The notes under the pieces: generated by a model
Databases searched by the model: none
Told to the model about the DNA's origin: nothing
What the model saw: the letters and a program-made list of their open reading frames with translations, nothing else
Program-made: the position numbers and the translations under genes
In this document: positions 1 to 13,344 of the stretch, piece after piece
Position numbering within the stretch: the stretch's first letter is position 1
Layout: every line of letters begins with the position of its first letter
From: Mobula birostris
Lineage: Eukaryota
Reading direction: 5' to 3'
DNA length: 64,000 nt
Assembly: GCF_030028105.1 (NCBI RefSeq)
Contig: NC_092379.1
Span: forward strand, 22,297,309 to 22,361,308

Positions 1-709
1 TGGAAGAAAAGCTATAGGCAATGATTTGTACAACATCTGATTTACAAAATTTGACAGAACATCCTCCACCACACTCCCCCTCCCCATGTCAACTTCTTGC
101 TCCATAACAATAATAACCACTTCCTCAACTCCCTCTTCTCCATCACTAAACACACCCACCTTCCCCTGCTCCCCATTCCCAAGCCTTAACCCTGCCTTCC
201 TCTCCCCTCCTGTAAACCCCCTCCAGTGTCACATATCCTGCCATTTTCCCAATGTATCATCCACCGCTGTCCCTCCGCCCACCGAACCGGCTCTGTGCCC
301 CCATTTCCCATCTGGCATCCCCGGTACATTTAGAGGTTTATTTCCTGAAATGAGCAGTTGCAGTGCAGTAGCCTCGGATTGCCGAGTGAGTGAGATGGAG
401 ACTCCATTTCCAAACATCGCAGCCACACGGGGATCTCTTGACTGAATGTGGGGCGTGTGTCTGCTGGTCACTGCTGAACCTGAAATATAGACAGGAGAGT
501 ATGATATTGTGTGACAAGGTGCAGCACAGACATTAACCTGTGAGGACAGGTGAACTAAACAACATCTCATTCCAGGAGCTGTCACCCCATGAAGAGGTGT
601 CTGTCAGTATTCTCCAAAATCAACCGGAAACAAGAATCTGAATACCAGTTGGGAACTTTAGAATGATCCACAGTTGGGCGAATGTTTTAGTTCCTGAGTA
701 AAACCATAA

Positions 710-1625
710 GAGACTGGAGCAGAATTCGGCCATTTGTACCTTCGAGTCGGCTCCAGTATTTCATCATGACTGATCCAATTTCCCTCTCAGCCCCAGTCAC
801 CTGCCTTTTCCCAGTATCCCTTCATGTCCTGACTAATCAAGAATCTACCATCCTCTTCCTTAAATATACCCAGTGACTTGGGCACCACGGTTGCCCGTGG
901 CAACAAATTACACAGATTCACCCCTCTCTGGCAAAAGAACTTCCTCCTCATCTCTGTTCTAAATGGACGACCCTCTAGTCTGAGGCTGTGTCCTCTGGTC
1001 CTAGACTCTCCCACCTGAGGAAACATTCTCTTCACATCCACTCTGCTGAGGAATTTCAACATTCAATAGATTTCAAGGAGATACCCCCCTCATTCTTGTG
1101 AATTCCAGTGAATACAGACCTGAGCCATCAAACATTTCTCATATGATAAGCCTTTCAATCCCAGAACCATTTTGTTAAACTCCTTTGAACCCTCATCAAT
1201 GTCAGCATATCCTTTCTTAGATAAGGTACCCAGAACTGTTCACCGTACTACAATTGAGACCTCACCAGTGCCTTCTAAAAACTGAACATCACATCTTTGC
1301 TTTCATATTTCAGTCCTTTAGAAATGAATTCCACAGACTCAACTTGCAAATTAACCTGAATGGAATCCTGCACAGGGACTCCCAAGGCCCTTTGCACCTC
1401 AGATTTCTGAATTTTATCCCCATTTAGAAAATAGTCTATGCTTTTATTTCTTCTCCCAAAGTGTATGATCATTCACTTCCCAACACTTTATCATATCTGC
1501 CACTCCTTTGCCCATTCTCCAAATCTGTCTAAGTATTTCTGTAGCCACTCTGCTTTCTGAACTCTGTCTGCCCTTCCACCTCTCTCAGTATCATCCACAA
1601 ACTTGGCCCTAAAAGCCATCAATTT
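710..1625 (-). mobile_element. CR1-type LINE 3' fragment (RT C-terminus and 3' UTR), decayed
   Basis: Minus-strand ORF remnants MFPQVGESRTRGHSLRLEGRPFRTEMRRKFF and IHFGRRNKSIDYFLNG are typical CR1 ORF2 C-terminal motifs. Confidence 0.85.
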
Positions 1626-1629
1626 TGTA

Positions 1630-2840
1630 ATCCAAATCAAAGTTGACGAGGGTCAGGCGGTGAATGTTGTCTGTATGGACTTCAGTAAGGCCTTTGACAA
1701 GGTTCCACATGGAAAGTTAGTTAGGAAGGTTCAATTGTTCAGTATTAGTATTGAAGTGGTAAAATGGATTTGGATGGGAGACGCCAGAGAGTACTGGTGG
1801 ATAACTGTTTGTCAGATTGGAGGCTGGTGACTGGTGGTGTGCCTCAGGGATCTGTACTGGGTCCAGTGTTGTTTCTCATAGATATTAATGATCCGGATGA
1901 TGGGGTGGTAAATTGGATTGGTAAGTATGCAGATGATACTCAGATCGGTGGAGTTCTGGATAATGAAGTAGGTTTTCAAAGCTTGCAGAGAGATTTAGAC
2001 CACTTAAGAGTGGGCTGAAAGGTGGCAGATGAAGTTTAATGCTGATAAATGTGAGGTGCTGCATTTTGGAAGGACTAATCAAAATAGGGCATACATGGTA
2101 AATGGTAGGGCATTGAAGAAAGTAGTAGAACAGAGGGATCTGGGAATAATGGTGCATAGTTCCCTGAAGGTGAAATCTCATGTGGATAGGGTGGTGAAGA
2201 AAGCTTTTGGTATGCTGGCCTTTATAAATCAGAGCACTGAGTATAGGAGTCGGGATGTAATGTTGAAATTGTACAAGGCATTGGTAAGGCTAAATGTGGA
2301 GTATTGTGTACAGTTCTGGTCACCGAATTATAGGAAAGATGTCAACAAAATTGAGAGTACAGAGAAGATTTAGTAGAATGTTACCTGGGTTTCTTCTCCT
2401 AAGTTACAAAGAAAGGTTGAACAAGTTGGGTCTTTATTCTTTGAAGCATAGAAGATTGAGGGGGGACTTGATAGAGGTGTTTAAAATTATGAGGGGGATA
2501 GATAAAGTTGACGTGGATAGGCTTTTTCCATTGAGAGTGGGGGAGATTCAAACAAGAGGACATGAGTTGAGAGTTAAAGGGCAAAAGTTTAGGGGTAACA
2601 TGAGGGGGAACTTCTTGACTCTGAGAGTGGTAGCTGTGTAGAACGAGCTTCCAACACAAGTGGTTGAGGCAGGTTTGGTGTTGTCATTTAAAGTTAAATT
2701 GGGTAGCTATATGGACAGGAAAGGAATGGAGGGTCATGGGCTGAGTGCAGGTCGGAGGGATTAGGTGAGAGTAAGAGTTCGTCTTGAACTAGAAGGGCCG
2801 AGATGGCCTGCTTCCGTGCTGTAATTGTTATATGGTTATT
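1630..2840 (+). mobile_element. CR1-type LINE, 5'-truncated RT region to 3' end, frameshifted
   Basis: DFSKAFDKVPHG, VPQGSVLGPVLF, YADDT and KFNADKCEVLHFG motifs across ORFs 1603-2641; ends at a CR1-like tail near 2830. Confidence 0.9.
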
Positions 2841-2989
2841 GACATTTTACATGAAAAGATGTGGTTTCAACACAGCAGCTAACCAGAAAATGCTCCCTTT
2901 ATTCCTACTCTGTGCCTCCTACCAATCAGAGAATGTTCTATCCATGCTAGTATCTCTCCTGTAGTACCATGGGGTGTTTGACAATACAC

Positions 2990-3125
2990 ACACAATGCTG
3001 GAGGAGTTCAGGAGGTCTGGTAGCAACTATGAAAAAGAGTAAACCGTCAAAGTTTCAGACTGATGAAAGGTCTTGGCCTGAATCTTCGTTTGTTTACTCT
3101 TTTCCATAGATGCTGCCTGGTGTTA
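2990..3125. repeat. Palindromic Penelope-like terminal remnant
   Basis: Inverted arms 3016-3044 and 3092-3120 (24/29 match). The same terminal sequence caps the GIY-YIG elements at 25990-26100, 35455-35550, 37284-37370 and 50120-50230, and stands alone at about 10750-10850, 17345-17450 and 55665-55760. Confidence 0.7.
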
Positions 3126-3129
3126 TCCT

Positions 3130-5560
3130 GCCTTTCGAATATTTCTTCTTTGGAATGCATCTACATTGTGTCTTTCAAATTGCTCCCAGGATCTCCAGCC
3201 ATTTCTGCTCTGCCATCATCCCTGCTCGTGTCCCATTCCAATCAATTTCGGCTAGCTCCTCTCTCATGCCTCCGTCATTCCCTTTACTCCACTGTAATAC
3301 TGACTTTAGATTCTCCTTTTCAAATTAATAGCACGGTGAATTACATCATATCATGATCACTGGCTCCCAAGCGTTCCCTTACCTTAAACTCTCCACTCTA
3401 TTCTGGTTCATTGCACCACACCCAATTCTGAATATCTAATTGCCCAGTGGGCTCATTCACCACCTACTCTTTAAAAAAAAAACTCGTAGGCATTCTACAA
3501 ATTCTTTCCTTTGGGATGCGGCACCAAAATAATTTACTACAGCACGGGCCATTTGGCCCACACTGTTGTGCCAAAACAGCGATAAAGGAAATCAAAAACA
3601 CCCAACATCAATCCCTCCCACCTACTCCATGTCAATATCCCCTGTTCTTCCCTACATCCACTTGCCTATCCAAACATCTATCATGTATTTGCCTCTACCA
3701 CCACACCAGGCAACACATTCCAGCCATCCTCCACTCTCTGATTATAAAACTCACCCCTCATATCCCCTTGAACCTACCCGCCTCACCTAAAATTCATTCC
3801 CTCTGGTAATACATATTTCAACCCTGGGACAGAGATACTCTCTGTCCAGCGTATCTTTGTCTCTCATAATCTTGCAAACCTCTATCAGAACGCACCGCCC
3901 CACCTCAGCCTCCAACGCTCCAGAGAAAACAACCCAAGTTTATGTGGACTCTCCTGATTGCATGTTCCCTCAAAACCAGGCAGCATCCTGGCAAACCTCT
4001 TCTACACCCTCTCCAAAGCCTCAACATCCTTCCAATAGTGGGGCAACCAGAACTTCAGTCTGATCTGACCTGAGTTTAATAAAAGCTGCAACATAACCTG
4101 ACTTTTGAACTCAGTGCCTCGAATATTAAAAAAAAGCATTCTTTAAACCTTGTTAACCATCTTATTGACCTGTGTAGCTACTTTCAAGGAGTATGAACTT
4201 GGACCCCAAGATTTCTCTGCTCAACAACATTGTAAAAGACCTTACTCTTAAAAATGTACTGTCTCTTTTCATTTGCCCCACCCGGGGTGTGACACCTTGC
4301 ATTTATCTAGATTAAACTCCATCTGCCATTTCTCAGTCCACATCTGCAGCTGATCAATGTTGTGCTGTATTCTTTGCCAGTCTTCTACACTGTCAACAAC
4401 TCCACCATTCTTGGCATCATTCACAAATTTTCTAACTCACCCATCCGCAGTTTCATCCAGATCATCTATATCGATTACAAACAGCAGAAGTCCCAGCACA
4501 GATACCTACGGAACTCCACTAATTACAGACCTCCAGCTTGAACAAGTCCCCAAAATCATTACCATCTGTCTTCTATGCGCGACCATTTTGAATCCAAACA
4601 GCTAGTTTGCCACGGATCCCATGCATCTTAATCTTCTGGATTAGCCTCCCACGGGGGACTTTGTCAAATGTCATCCTAAAATCCATGTAGACAACAACCA
4701 CTGCCCTACCCTCATCAATCTGTCTTGTCACCTTGTCAAAAAACTCTATCAAGTTGTAAGTGCTGACCTGCCACGCATAATGCCATGCTGTCTCTCCCTA
4801 AATTAGGTCATGGCTTTCCAAATGCTCAGATATCCTATCCTTGTGATTTTTATTGGGCAATTTCCCTTCAATTGAAGTGAGACTTACTGGTCCATAGTTC
4901 CCAGAATTTTCCCATGTTCCCTTCTTAAATTAATGAGAGAGGACACAAAGATTCTGGTCAAGGGCCCAGCAAACTCACCTTTTGCATCCTTCAAAAACCT
5001 GGAGTAAATCCCATCTGGCCCTGAGGATTTATCCATCTTAATCCTGATTAGGCGGCCCAACACTTCCTTCTCCTTGACCTCTAAATACCCTATTGTAATT
5101 ATATACTCAGCACTGATCTCTTGGTCCTCCATATCCTTTTCCTTTGTAAATACTGAACCAAAGTACTCACTTGGCACCTCATTCACATTCTCTGCATTCA
5201 AGCAACTGCTCCCCCCCCCACTTATCCTTGAGTGGTCCCACCCTCTCCTGAGTTATTGTCTTACTCTTGGTGTCTGTATAAAATGCCCTGAGATTCACCT
5301 TAATCCCACTTGCCAAGGACTTTTCATGGCCCTTCCTGGCTTTCCTCATTCCCATTAGTTCCTTTCTCGTTTCTTTACACTCCTCATGTGCTTCCTTTGA
5401 TCCGAACATCTGAAACTTTACATACTTCTTCTTTTCCTTCTTCACTAAATTCATCACCTCTCTGGATATACAAGGTTCTCTTATATTTCCATCCCCATCC
5501 TGCCTTCGAACAGGTACATACCTTTCCTGAACTGTGTGCAATTGCTCTTTAAACACCCTC
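3130..5560 (-). mobile_element. CR1-type LINE fragments, decayed
   Basis: Minus-strand remnants EYFGSVFTKEKD, DKSSGPDGIYSRFLK and QERYVPVR; CR1 3' end near 3520-3570. Confidence 0.8.
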
Positions 5561-5619
5561 CATTCTTTAAGAAGGGAGGAAGGCAAAATAAAGGAAATTA
5601 TAGGTGAGTTAGCCAAAAC

Positions 5620-6204
5620 TCAGTGGTTGGGAAGTGTTGAAGTCTCTTTCTTTAGGATGAGGTTTTGGTGTATTTGGAGACAAATGATAACATATGTCAA
5701 AGTCAGCATAGTTTCTGCAATGGAAAGTCTTGCCTGACAAATCTGTTAGAGTTCTTTGAGGAAATAACAAGCAGGATGGACAAAGGAGAGGCAGTGAATG
5801 TTATTTACTTGGATTTTGAAAAGTTATTTGATAAGGAGCAACACATGAGGCTGCTTTACAAGATAAAATTGAATAGCATTACAGCAGAGATATTGGCATG
5901 GAGAGAAGAATGGCTGACAGGAGGCAGAAAGTGGGAATAAAAAGGGCCTTCTCTGGTTGGTTGTCATTGACTGGTGGTGTTCCTCAGGGGTCAGTATTGA
6001 GCGCTACTTTTCACATTGTTTGGTTATGATTCAGGTAACTTTGCTTTGTGGCAAAGTTTGTGGATAATACAAAGATAGGTGGAGGGGTAGGTGGTGCTGA
6101 GGGAGCAATGCAATTGCAGTACAACTTAGATAAATTGGAAGAATGGGCAAAAAGTGGCAAATGGATTACAATCTTGGGAAATACATGATAATGCATTTAG
6201 GTAA
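5620..6204 (+). mobile_element. CR1 RT fragment, left part of a copy split by the Rex-Babar insertion
   Basis: GKSCLTNLLEFFEEIT and VIYLDFEKLFDK motifs; the CR1 sequence resumes at about 9945. Confidence 0.8.
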
Positions 6205-9200
6205 ATACTTTATTCTTTATACTTTATGGTACTTTACACTTTATTGTCGCCAAACAGTTGGTACTAGAACATACAATCATCACAGCGATATTTGATTTTG
6301 CGCTTCCCACTCCATGGATTACAAATATTAAATATTACAAATAGTAAAAATTAGTAAATATTAAAAATTTAGATTATAAATCATAAATAGAAAATAGAAA
6401 ATTGGAAAGTAAGGTAGTGCAAAAAAACTGAGAGGCAGGTCCAGATATTTGGAGGGTACGGCCCAGATCCGGGTCAGGATCCGTTCAGCAGTCTTTTCAC
6501 AGTTGGAAAGAAGTTGTTCCCAAATCTGGCCATAGGAGTCTTTAAGCTCTTGAGCCTTCTCCCGGAGGGAAGAGGGACGAAAAGTATGTTGGCTGGGTGG
6601 GCCGTGTCCTTGATTATCCTGGCAGCACTGCTCCGACAACGTGCGGTGTAAGGTGAGTCCACGGACGGAAGATTGGTTTCTGTGATGTGCTGCGCCATGT
6701 TCACGATCTTCTGCAGCTTCTTCCGGTCTTGAACAGGACAACTTCCATACCAGGTTGTGATGCACCCTAGAAGAATGCTTTCTACGGTGCATCTATAAAA
6801 ATTAGTGAGGGTTTTAGAGGACAGGCCAAATTTCTTTTGTTTTCTCAGGAAGTAAAGGCGCTGTTGGGCCTTCTTGGCAGTGAACTCTGCTTGGCTGGAC
6901 CAAGTCAGGTCATTTGTGATATTGACCTCGAGGAACTTAAAGCTTTTGACCTGTTCCACTTGTGCACCACCGATGTAAATTGGGTCGTGCGGTCCGCTAC
7001 TCCTTCTGAAGTCAACAACCAATTCCTTTGTCTTGCTGATGCTGAGGGATAAGTTATTGTCTTCGCACCATGCCACCAGATTCTTAATTTCCTCTCTGTA
7101 CTCAAACTCATCGTTACCTGAGATACGGCCTACAATTGTTGTGTCATCAGCAAACTTATATATTGAGCTTGATGGAAACTTGGCTACACAATCATGGGAG
7201 TGTACAGTGAGTACAGCAGGGGGCTGAGTACACAGTCTTGTTGGGCACCGTTGCTCAGAGTGATTGTAGAGGAGAGCTTGTCCCGTATTTTTACAGCCTG
7301 GGTCCTGCCTGTGAGGAAGTTGAAGATCCAGCTGCAGATCTGAGTGCTAAGGCCCGGGTTCCGGAGTTTAGGAATCAGTTTATTTGGAATGATGGTATTA
7401 AAGGCAGAGCTGTAGTCACTGAAAAGGAGCCTTACATATGCGTCTTTATTCTCCAGGTTTTCTAAGGAGGAACATAGGGCCAGAGAGGTGGCATCTGCCA
7501 TTGACCTGTTGCTCCGGAAGTTGAATTGCAAAGCGTCGAGTTTGACCGGTAGGCTGTGGTTGACGTGTGCCATAACCAATCTCTCGAAGCACTTCATAGC
7601 AATTGATGTCAGAGCCACGGGTCGATAGTCATTCAGGCATGCCACCTTGCTCTTCTTCAGCACTGGGATTATCGTTGTCTTCTGAAAACACGCAGGGATC
7701 TTAGACTGAAGCAAGGAGCAGTTGAAGATGTCAGCAAACATTCCAGCTCGCTCGCTTGCACAGGCCCGGAGAACCCATCCTGGGACGCCATCTGGGCCCG
7801 TCGCCTTCCTTGGATTTATCTTCAGGAAGGCCCTTCTAATGTCCTCCTCGGTGATGACGAATCTCGATGCCACCAGGTCCGGTTCATCCGGAGGGAGCGG
7901 GATGCTCCTCTTCTGTTCGAATCTTGCGTAGAATACGTTAAGTTCATCAGGAAGAGAAGCGCTACAGTTATTAATATTCCCAGCCTTTTCTTTGCGCCCA
8001 GTGATCTCATTTAGACCCTGCCATAGTCTACTGGCATCCCTTTGGTTAGCCTGGGATTCCAACTTGGCTCGATATTGCCTCTTGGCGCCCTTAATGGCTT
8101 TCCAGAGTTCACGCCTGGACTCCGTGTAGCGACTGGTATCTCCAGACCTAAAAGCCGCAGCCCTAGGCTTTAAAACGGACTTGACCTCATAATTCATCCA
8201 AGGTTTCTGGTTAGGGAATACCCGAATTGTCTTACGAGACACACAGTCCTCCGTGCATTTCCATATAAAGTCTGTGACAGCTGAGGCATACTCATCGAGG
8301 TTAGCTGCCGAGTCCTTGAATACTAACCAGTCCACCGATTCAAAGCAGTCACAGAGGACCTCACCCGTTTCCTCCGTCCAACGCGACACTACTTTTGACA
8401 GCGTGAACTCCCACTTCAGTTTCTGTTTGTAAGCCGGGAGGAGGAGTACGGTCTGATGGTCCGATTTTCCGAAGTGAGGTCGTGGTGCTCGGACACTGTG
8501 ACACTGACAAGCTCCTGCAGCCCGGACCTGGAACACCTGTCAGTGAAGTGTCGTCCCTACTATCTGCCACGGGAATTCACTGTGTAACAGTGGTCAAGTA
8601 TATTCGGGCCTCCAGTGGGGCAGGAGACATGTTGGTATAACTTTGGCATCGCATTTCTGAGGTTGGCCTGGTTAAAGTCCCCAGCCGTAATCGTAAAGCC
8701 TCCGGATACCTGGTCTCAAGTTCACTGATGTTGGCATACAGTATGTTCAGAGCACACTCCACGTCTGCCTTGGGGGGAATGTAGACTGCTGTCAGTATGA
8801 CCGAGGTGAATTCCCGTGGCAGATAGTAGGGACGACAGTTCACCGACAGGTGTTCCAGGTCTGGGCTGCAGGAGCTTGTCAGTGCCACTGTGTCCGAGCA
8901 CCACCCAGTGTTGATCAGTAGGCAGACACCACCTCCCCTTGTCTTGCCCGAAGACGCCGTGTGGTCCATCCGATGGACCGAAGATCCCTCCAGTCAGATG
9001 GCACAGTCGGGGGTGGCAGGGGAGAGCCAGGTCTCAGTGAAACAGAATACACAGCAGTTCTGCATCTCCCTGCAGTAGGTGAGTCTCTCTTTAAGATCAT
9101 CCACCTTGTTCTCTCTGGCTTGCACATTAGCTAGCTGGATGGTGGGCACAGGGACCGTGAAGCCCCTCAGCTTCAATCTGACCAGCAGCCCAGCTCTTTT

Positions 9201-9930
9201 CCCACGCTTCCTCAGTAAATAGTGCATCTTTCCAGGTTTCCGTCGATGCAGTGTGTTGTTGTCAGCTCTTTGAGATAGGTGGACGCATCCCGCGGGGATC
9301 GATCAGCTGGTCGCATCGTTGGACACTCCAGGTCGGGCCGAGTGGGGGAGTCTTCGCTGCCACTTCCAGCTGCCGGGGGCCCGGGCTGTCGATTGGGTCG
9401 GACCCCGAAGCCGACACTTAATCCCAGAGGGCTGGGCTCCTGGCTGAAACAAGTCCGTAAACTGAGTCACGGTTGCGGAGCCTCCACTCCGACCGAGCCT
9501 CGGGCTCGATTTCCGAGGTCGGCGGCGGAGGCCTCACTTCCAGCCGCTGTGGATGGCCACCAATGGGGCTTTACGGTGGTCGCTCCGGGGAAGCGTCTGG
9601 GGCGCCTTGAGGTCCCCGCCGTCACTTCTGTGTGGTCGTCTGCTCTGGAGAGGTGCTGGTCGGAATGGGCCGTGCCTCCAAGCACTCCGGCACGGTAGCA
9701 GACCGCGGGTCTCCGGGAACGTGGTCGGGTCCAGGTGCGGTCCGGAGTTTAAGAAGCAGTTCTGGCGCGGTGGTCTCCAGCTGGGTCAGTAGCTTCGCCA
9801 GAGTGTTGTTGAATTTTATCTTTCTAAATTGGAGTTTTAGAAGGGTTTCTCAGTTACAGGACAGTGGCGAGGGCAGTTTGCTCGGGAGAGCTCGCGCAAA
9901 GTCGCCGGTTACAGGCACCATCTTTAACGG
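6205..9930 (-). mobile_element. Near full-length Rex1/Babar-clade LINE (APE endonuclease plus RT), few disruptions
   Basis: ORFs 9227-8994, 8969-8577 (RGGGVCLLIN, YLPREFT, VYIPP), 8536-7184 (KATGPDGVPG, DYRPVALTS, DYSSAFNTI) and 7076-6474 (KTKELVVDFRR, QRLYFLRK, FYRCTVESIL). 5' end AAGATGGTGCC near 9925; short tandem tail at 6205-6245. Confidence 0.9.
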
Positions 9931-9944
9931 ATATGGAACAATGG

Positions 9945-10685
9945 AACAATAGTGCGAACTATTATCTAAATGGGGAAAAGGTTCAAACAACAGAGGTGCA
10001 AAGGGACTTAGGAGTCCTCGTGTAAGGCTCCCAGAAGGTTAATTCACTGATTGAGTCTGTGGTAGAGAAGGCAAATGCAATATTAGCATTTATTTCAAGG
10101 GGAATAGAATATAAAAGCAAGGAGATAATGCTGAGGCTTTATAAGGCACTAATCTGGCCACACTTGGAGTATTGTCAACAGTCCTGGTGTGTTTTCATTG
10201 GAGAGAGTCACAAGGATGATTCTAGAAATGAAAGGGTTAACATATGAGGAGCGTTTGGCAGCTTTGGGCCTGTACTCGCTGGAACTTAGAAGAATGCGGA
10301 CAGATCCCATTGAAAACTACCGAATGTTGATGGGATGAGATAGGGTGGATGTGGAGAGGATGTTTCCTATGGAGGGAGTAAGCAGAACAAGAGGGCACAG
10401 TTTCAAAATTGATGGGTGATCTTTTAGAACAGAGGTAAGGAGGATTTTTTTTAGCCTGAGAATAGTGAATCTGTGGAATGCTCTGCCACAGACTGCAGTG
10501 AAGGCCAATTCTGTAGGTATTTTTAAAGCAGAAGTTGATATTTTCCTGATCAGTCAGGGCATCTGAGGATATGGTGAGAAGGCAGCTGTATGGGGTTGAG
10601 TGGAATCCAGGATGAGCCATGATGGAATGGCAGGGCAGCCTTGATGGGCTGAATGGCCTAATACTGCTCCTGTCTCACGGTCTTT
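9945..10685 (+). mobile_element. CR1 3' fragment, right part of the split copy
   Basis: KANAILAFISRGIEYKSKEIMLRLYKAL motif followed by a CR1 3' UTR. Confidence 0.8.
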
Positions 10686-10859
10686 TGTCTAATGTGGACT
10701 TGCCAGAGAAAAGGTGTTCCCAATTAATGCCAATTAGCTCTTCTGTCAGTTAGTCCTGACGAAGGGTCTTGGCCCGAAACGTCGACTGTACCTCTTCCTA
10801 GAGATGCTGCCTGGCCTGCTGTGTTCACCAGCAACTTTGATGTTTGTTCACAATTAACG

Positions 10860-12600
10860 CTTCTTAGTTCCTGCCTAATGCCCTTGTAAATTTCCCTATG
10901 TCAATTTAAATCTCTTCCACAACGACCATATCTATCCTTGTCGATAGCTATCCTGAAAGTTAACGAGTTGTGGTCACGATTCCCGAACTGTTCACCCACT
11001 GAAAGGTCAGTCATCTGGCCGGGCTCATTCCCCAAAACCACGTACAGTATGGCCCCTCCTTTCATTGGACCATGCACATATTGATTTAAGAAACCTACTT
11101 AACAAATTCAAACCCATCTGAACCCCTTACATTAAGAAGCCTTCCCAGTTTATATTCGGAAAGTTGAAATCCCCCAAGACACCAACCCTATTATTTTAAC
11201 ACTTTTCTTTAATCTGATTACGTATCTGTTCCTCAATGTCCCAGTGGCTATTAGGGGGTCCATAGTACAAACCCATCAGTGTGATTGCACCCTGTCTAAC
11301 CCTGAGTTTCACTCAAATCGACTCAGTTTCTGACCCCTCCATTATGTCTCCTCTGAATGCAGCTGTGATATTGTCCCTGATCAGGACTGCAACTGCCCAC
11401 CCCCTTACCCACTCCTCTATCTTTTCTAAAACTCCAGAAACCTGGCACATTAATCACTCATTCCTGCCGCTCTCTCAACCAAGTTTCAGTAATGTCTACG
11501 ACATCGTAGTTCCATTTACTGATCCATGCTCTAATTTCATCATCCTTACCCATAATAATCCCAGCATTAAAATAAAAACACTTCAAGCTATCTGACCCAT
11601 TCTACCTGTTATTTAAATTTTGCCTTTCAACACTATCCCTGACATCTAACTTCTGGTCAGATCCATCCCCTACTGACCTGAGGCTCTGGTTCTCAGCCCC
11701 CTGAAAAACCACTTTAAACTCTCCCAAGCAGCATCAGCAAACCTCGAAGCCGGGATATTGGCTCCTCCGCCCCCCCCCCCCCCCCCACCCAAAGTTCAGG
11801 TGCAACCCATCCCAATCTTCCTGCATATTGAAATTCCTGAAGACAGTTTTAACATTGCACCTTTGACATGCATTTTCTATCTCCCATTGTAATTTGTAGA
11901 CCACATCTTTGCTATTCTGTTCACAGGTCTGTATATAACTCCCAGCAGGGTCATTCACCCTTGCAGATTGTTAGCTCTACCCAGAGTGATTTGACACTTT
12001 CTGAGAGCCACACCATGCTCACTGCCTACCTGCCTGTCCTTTCAATACAATGTGTATCCTTGGACATTAAGCTCACATCTATAATCTTCTGTCAGCCATG
12101 ATTCACTGATGCCCACAATGTCATACGTGTCAATCTGTTGCTGTGTTTCAATTTCATCTAGCTTATTCTGTATACTGTGTACATTCAATTATAACACCTT
12201 CAGTCCTGTGTTCATCACCCTTTTTTGATTTTGTCCTCCTTTTAAATTTCAACTCATCCCATTGACTGCAATTTTGGCCTACCATCAGCCTCTGCTTGCT
12301 AGCAGTCTCACTACACACTGCCTCTGTTTGTAAACCAACAACTAGATCCTCAGCCCTATCACTCAATTTCCCATCTCCTGTCAAATTGGTTCAAATCCTT
12401 CTGAACAGCACAAGCAAACCTGCCCACAAAGATATTTATCCCCCTTGGATTCACACGCAACCCATCCCTTTGTATCAGTTGTAACTTCCCCAGAAGGGAT
12501 CCCAGTGATGCAGAAATCTAAACCCCTGCCCCTGCATCAGTTCCTCAGCTATGCATTCATCTGCCAAATCATCCTATTTTTCCAATAATCTGCTGTTCTC
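10860..12600 (-). mobile_element. Decayed CR1 fragments (endonuclease region)
   Basis: Minus-strand remnants resemble the endonuclease-region sequence of better preserved CR1 copies in this window; many stops. Confidence 0.55.
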
Positions 12601-12699
12601 TCAGTACAACTCTTGCTTGATTTTCTTGTTTAAGTTCACAATTTTTGCCCCAAATTCACATTCACATTCTTCCACCTTTTGCTTATGAAGACCCAGAAG

Positions 12700-13330
12700 A
12701 TCTAACATATCGATGCAACTTCAAAGAAGGCACAACAGCTGCTATATTCCATTAGGAGCTTGAGGAGATTTGGTATGTCACCTGAAACAATCACAAATTT
12801 CGATAGATGTACCATGGAGAGCATTCTAACTGGCTGCATCATGGTCTGGTATGGGGGTGCAGGAGGGAGGGGCTACTGCATGGGATAGAAATAAACTGCC
12901 GAGAGTTGTAAACTCAGTCAGCTCCATCATGGGCACTGGCCTCCGTAGTACCCAGGACATCTTCAAGGAGTGATGCCTCAAAAAGGCAGCGTCCATCATT
13001 CGGGACCCCATCGCTCAGGTTATGCCTTGTTCTCATTGCCACCATCAGGAAGGAGATTCAGCAGCCAGAAAGTTCACACTCAACGATTCAGGGACTTCTT
13101 TCCCTCTGCCATCTGATTTCTGATTGGAAATTGAACCCGTGATCACTACCTCACTACTGTTTTATTTCTACTTTTGCACTGCTCATTTAATTACATACCT
13201 ACATATATATACACACACGCACAATAATTCACAGGTTTTTACTCTCTTATTATGCATTGCATTGTACTGTAGCCACAAAGACAACAAATTTCATGGCATA
13301 TGTCGGTGATATTAAACCTGATTCTGATAT
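12700..13330 (+). mobile_element. Rex-Babar 3' fragment
   Basis: Resembles the AQQRLYFLR..FYRCT segment; ends in the AATAAA-like GATATTAAACCTGATTCTGAT tail. Confidence 0.7.
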
Positions 13331-13344
13331 ATCTGAAAATGTAC

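Noticed and set aside
229-600. Minus-strand ORF with exon-like splice signals (acceptor near 485)
   Set aside because: No recognisable domain or leader; it cannot be supported as a gene without transcripts.
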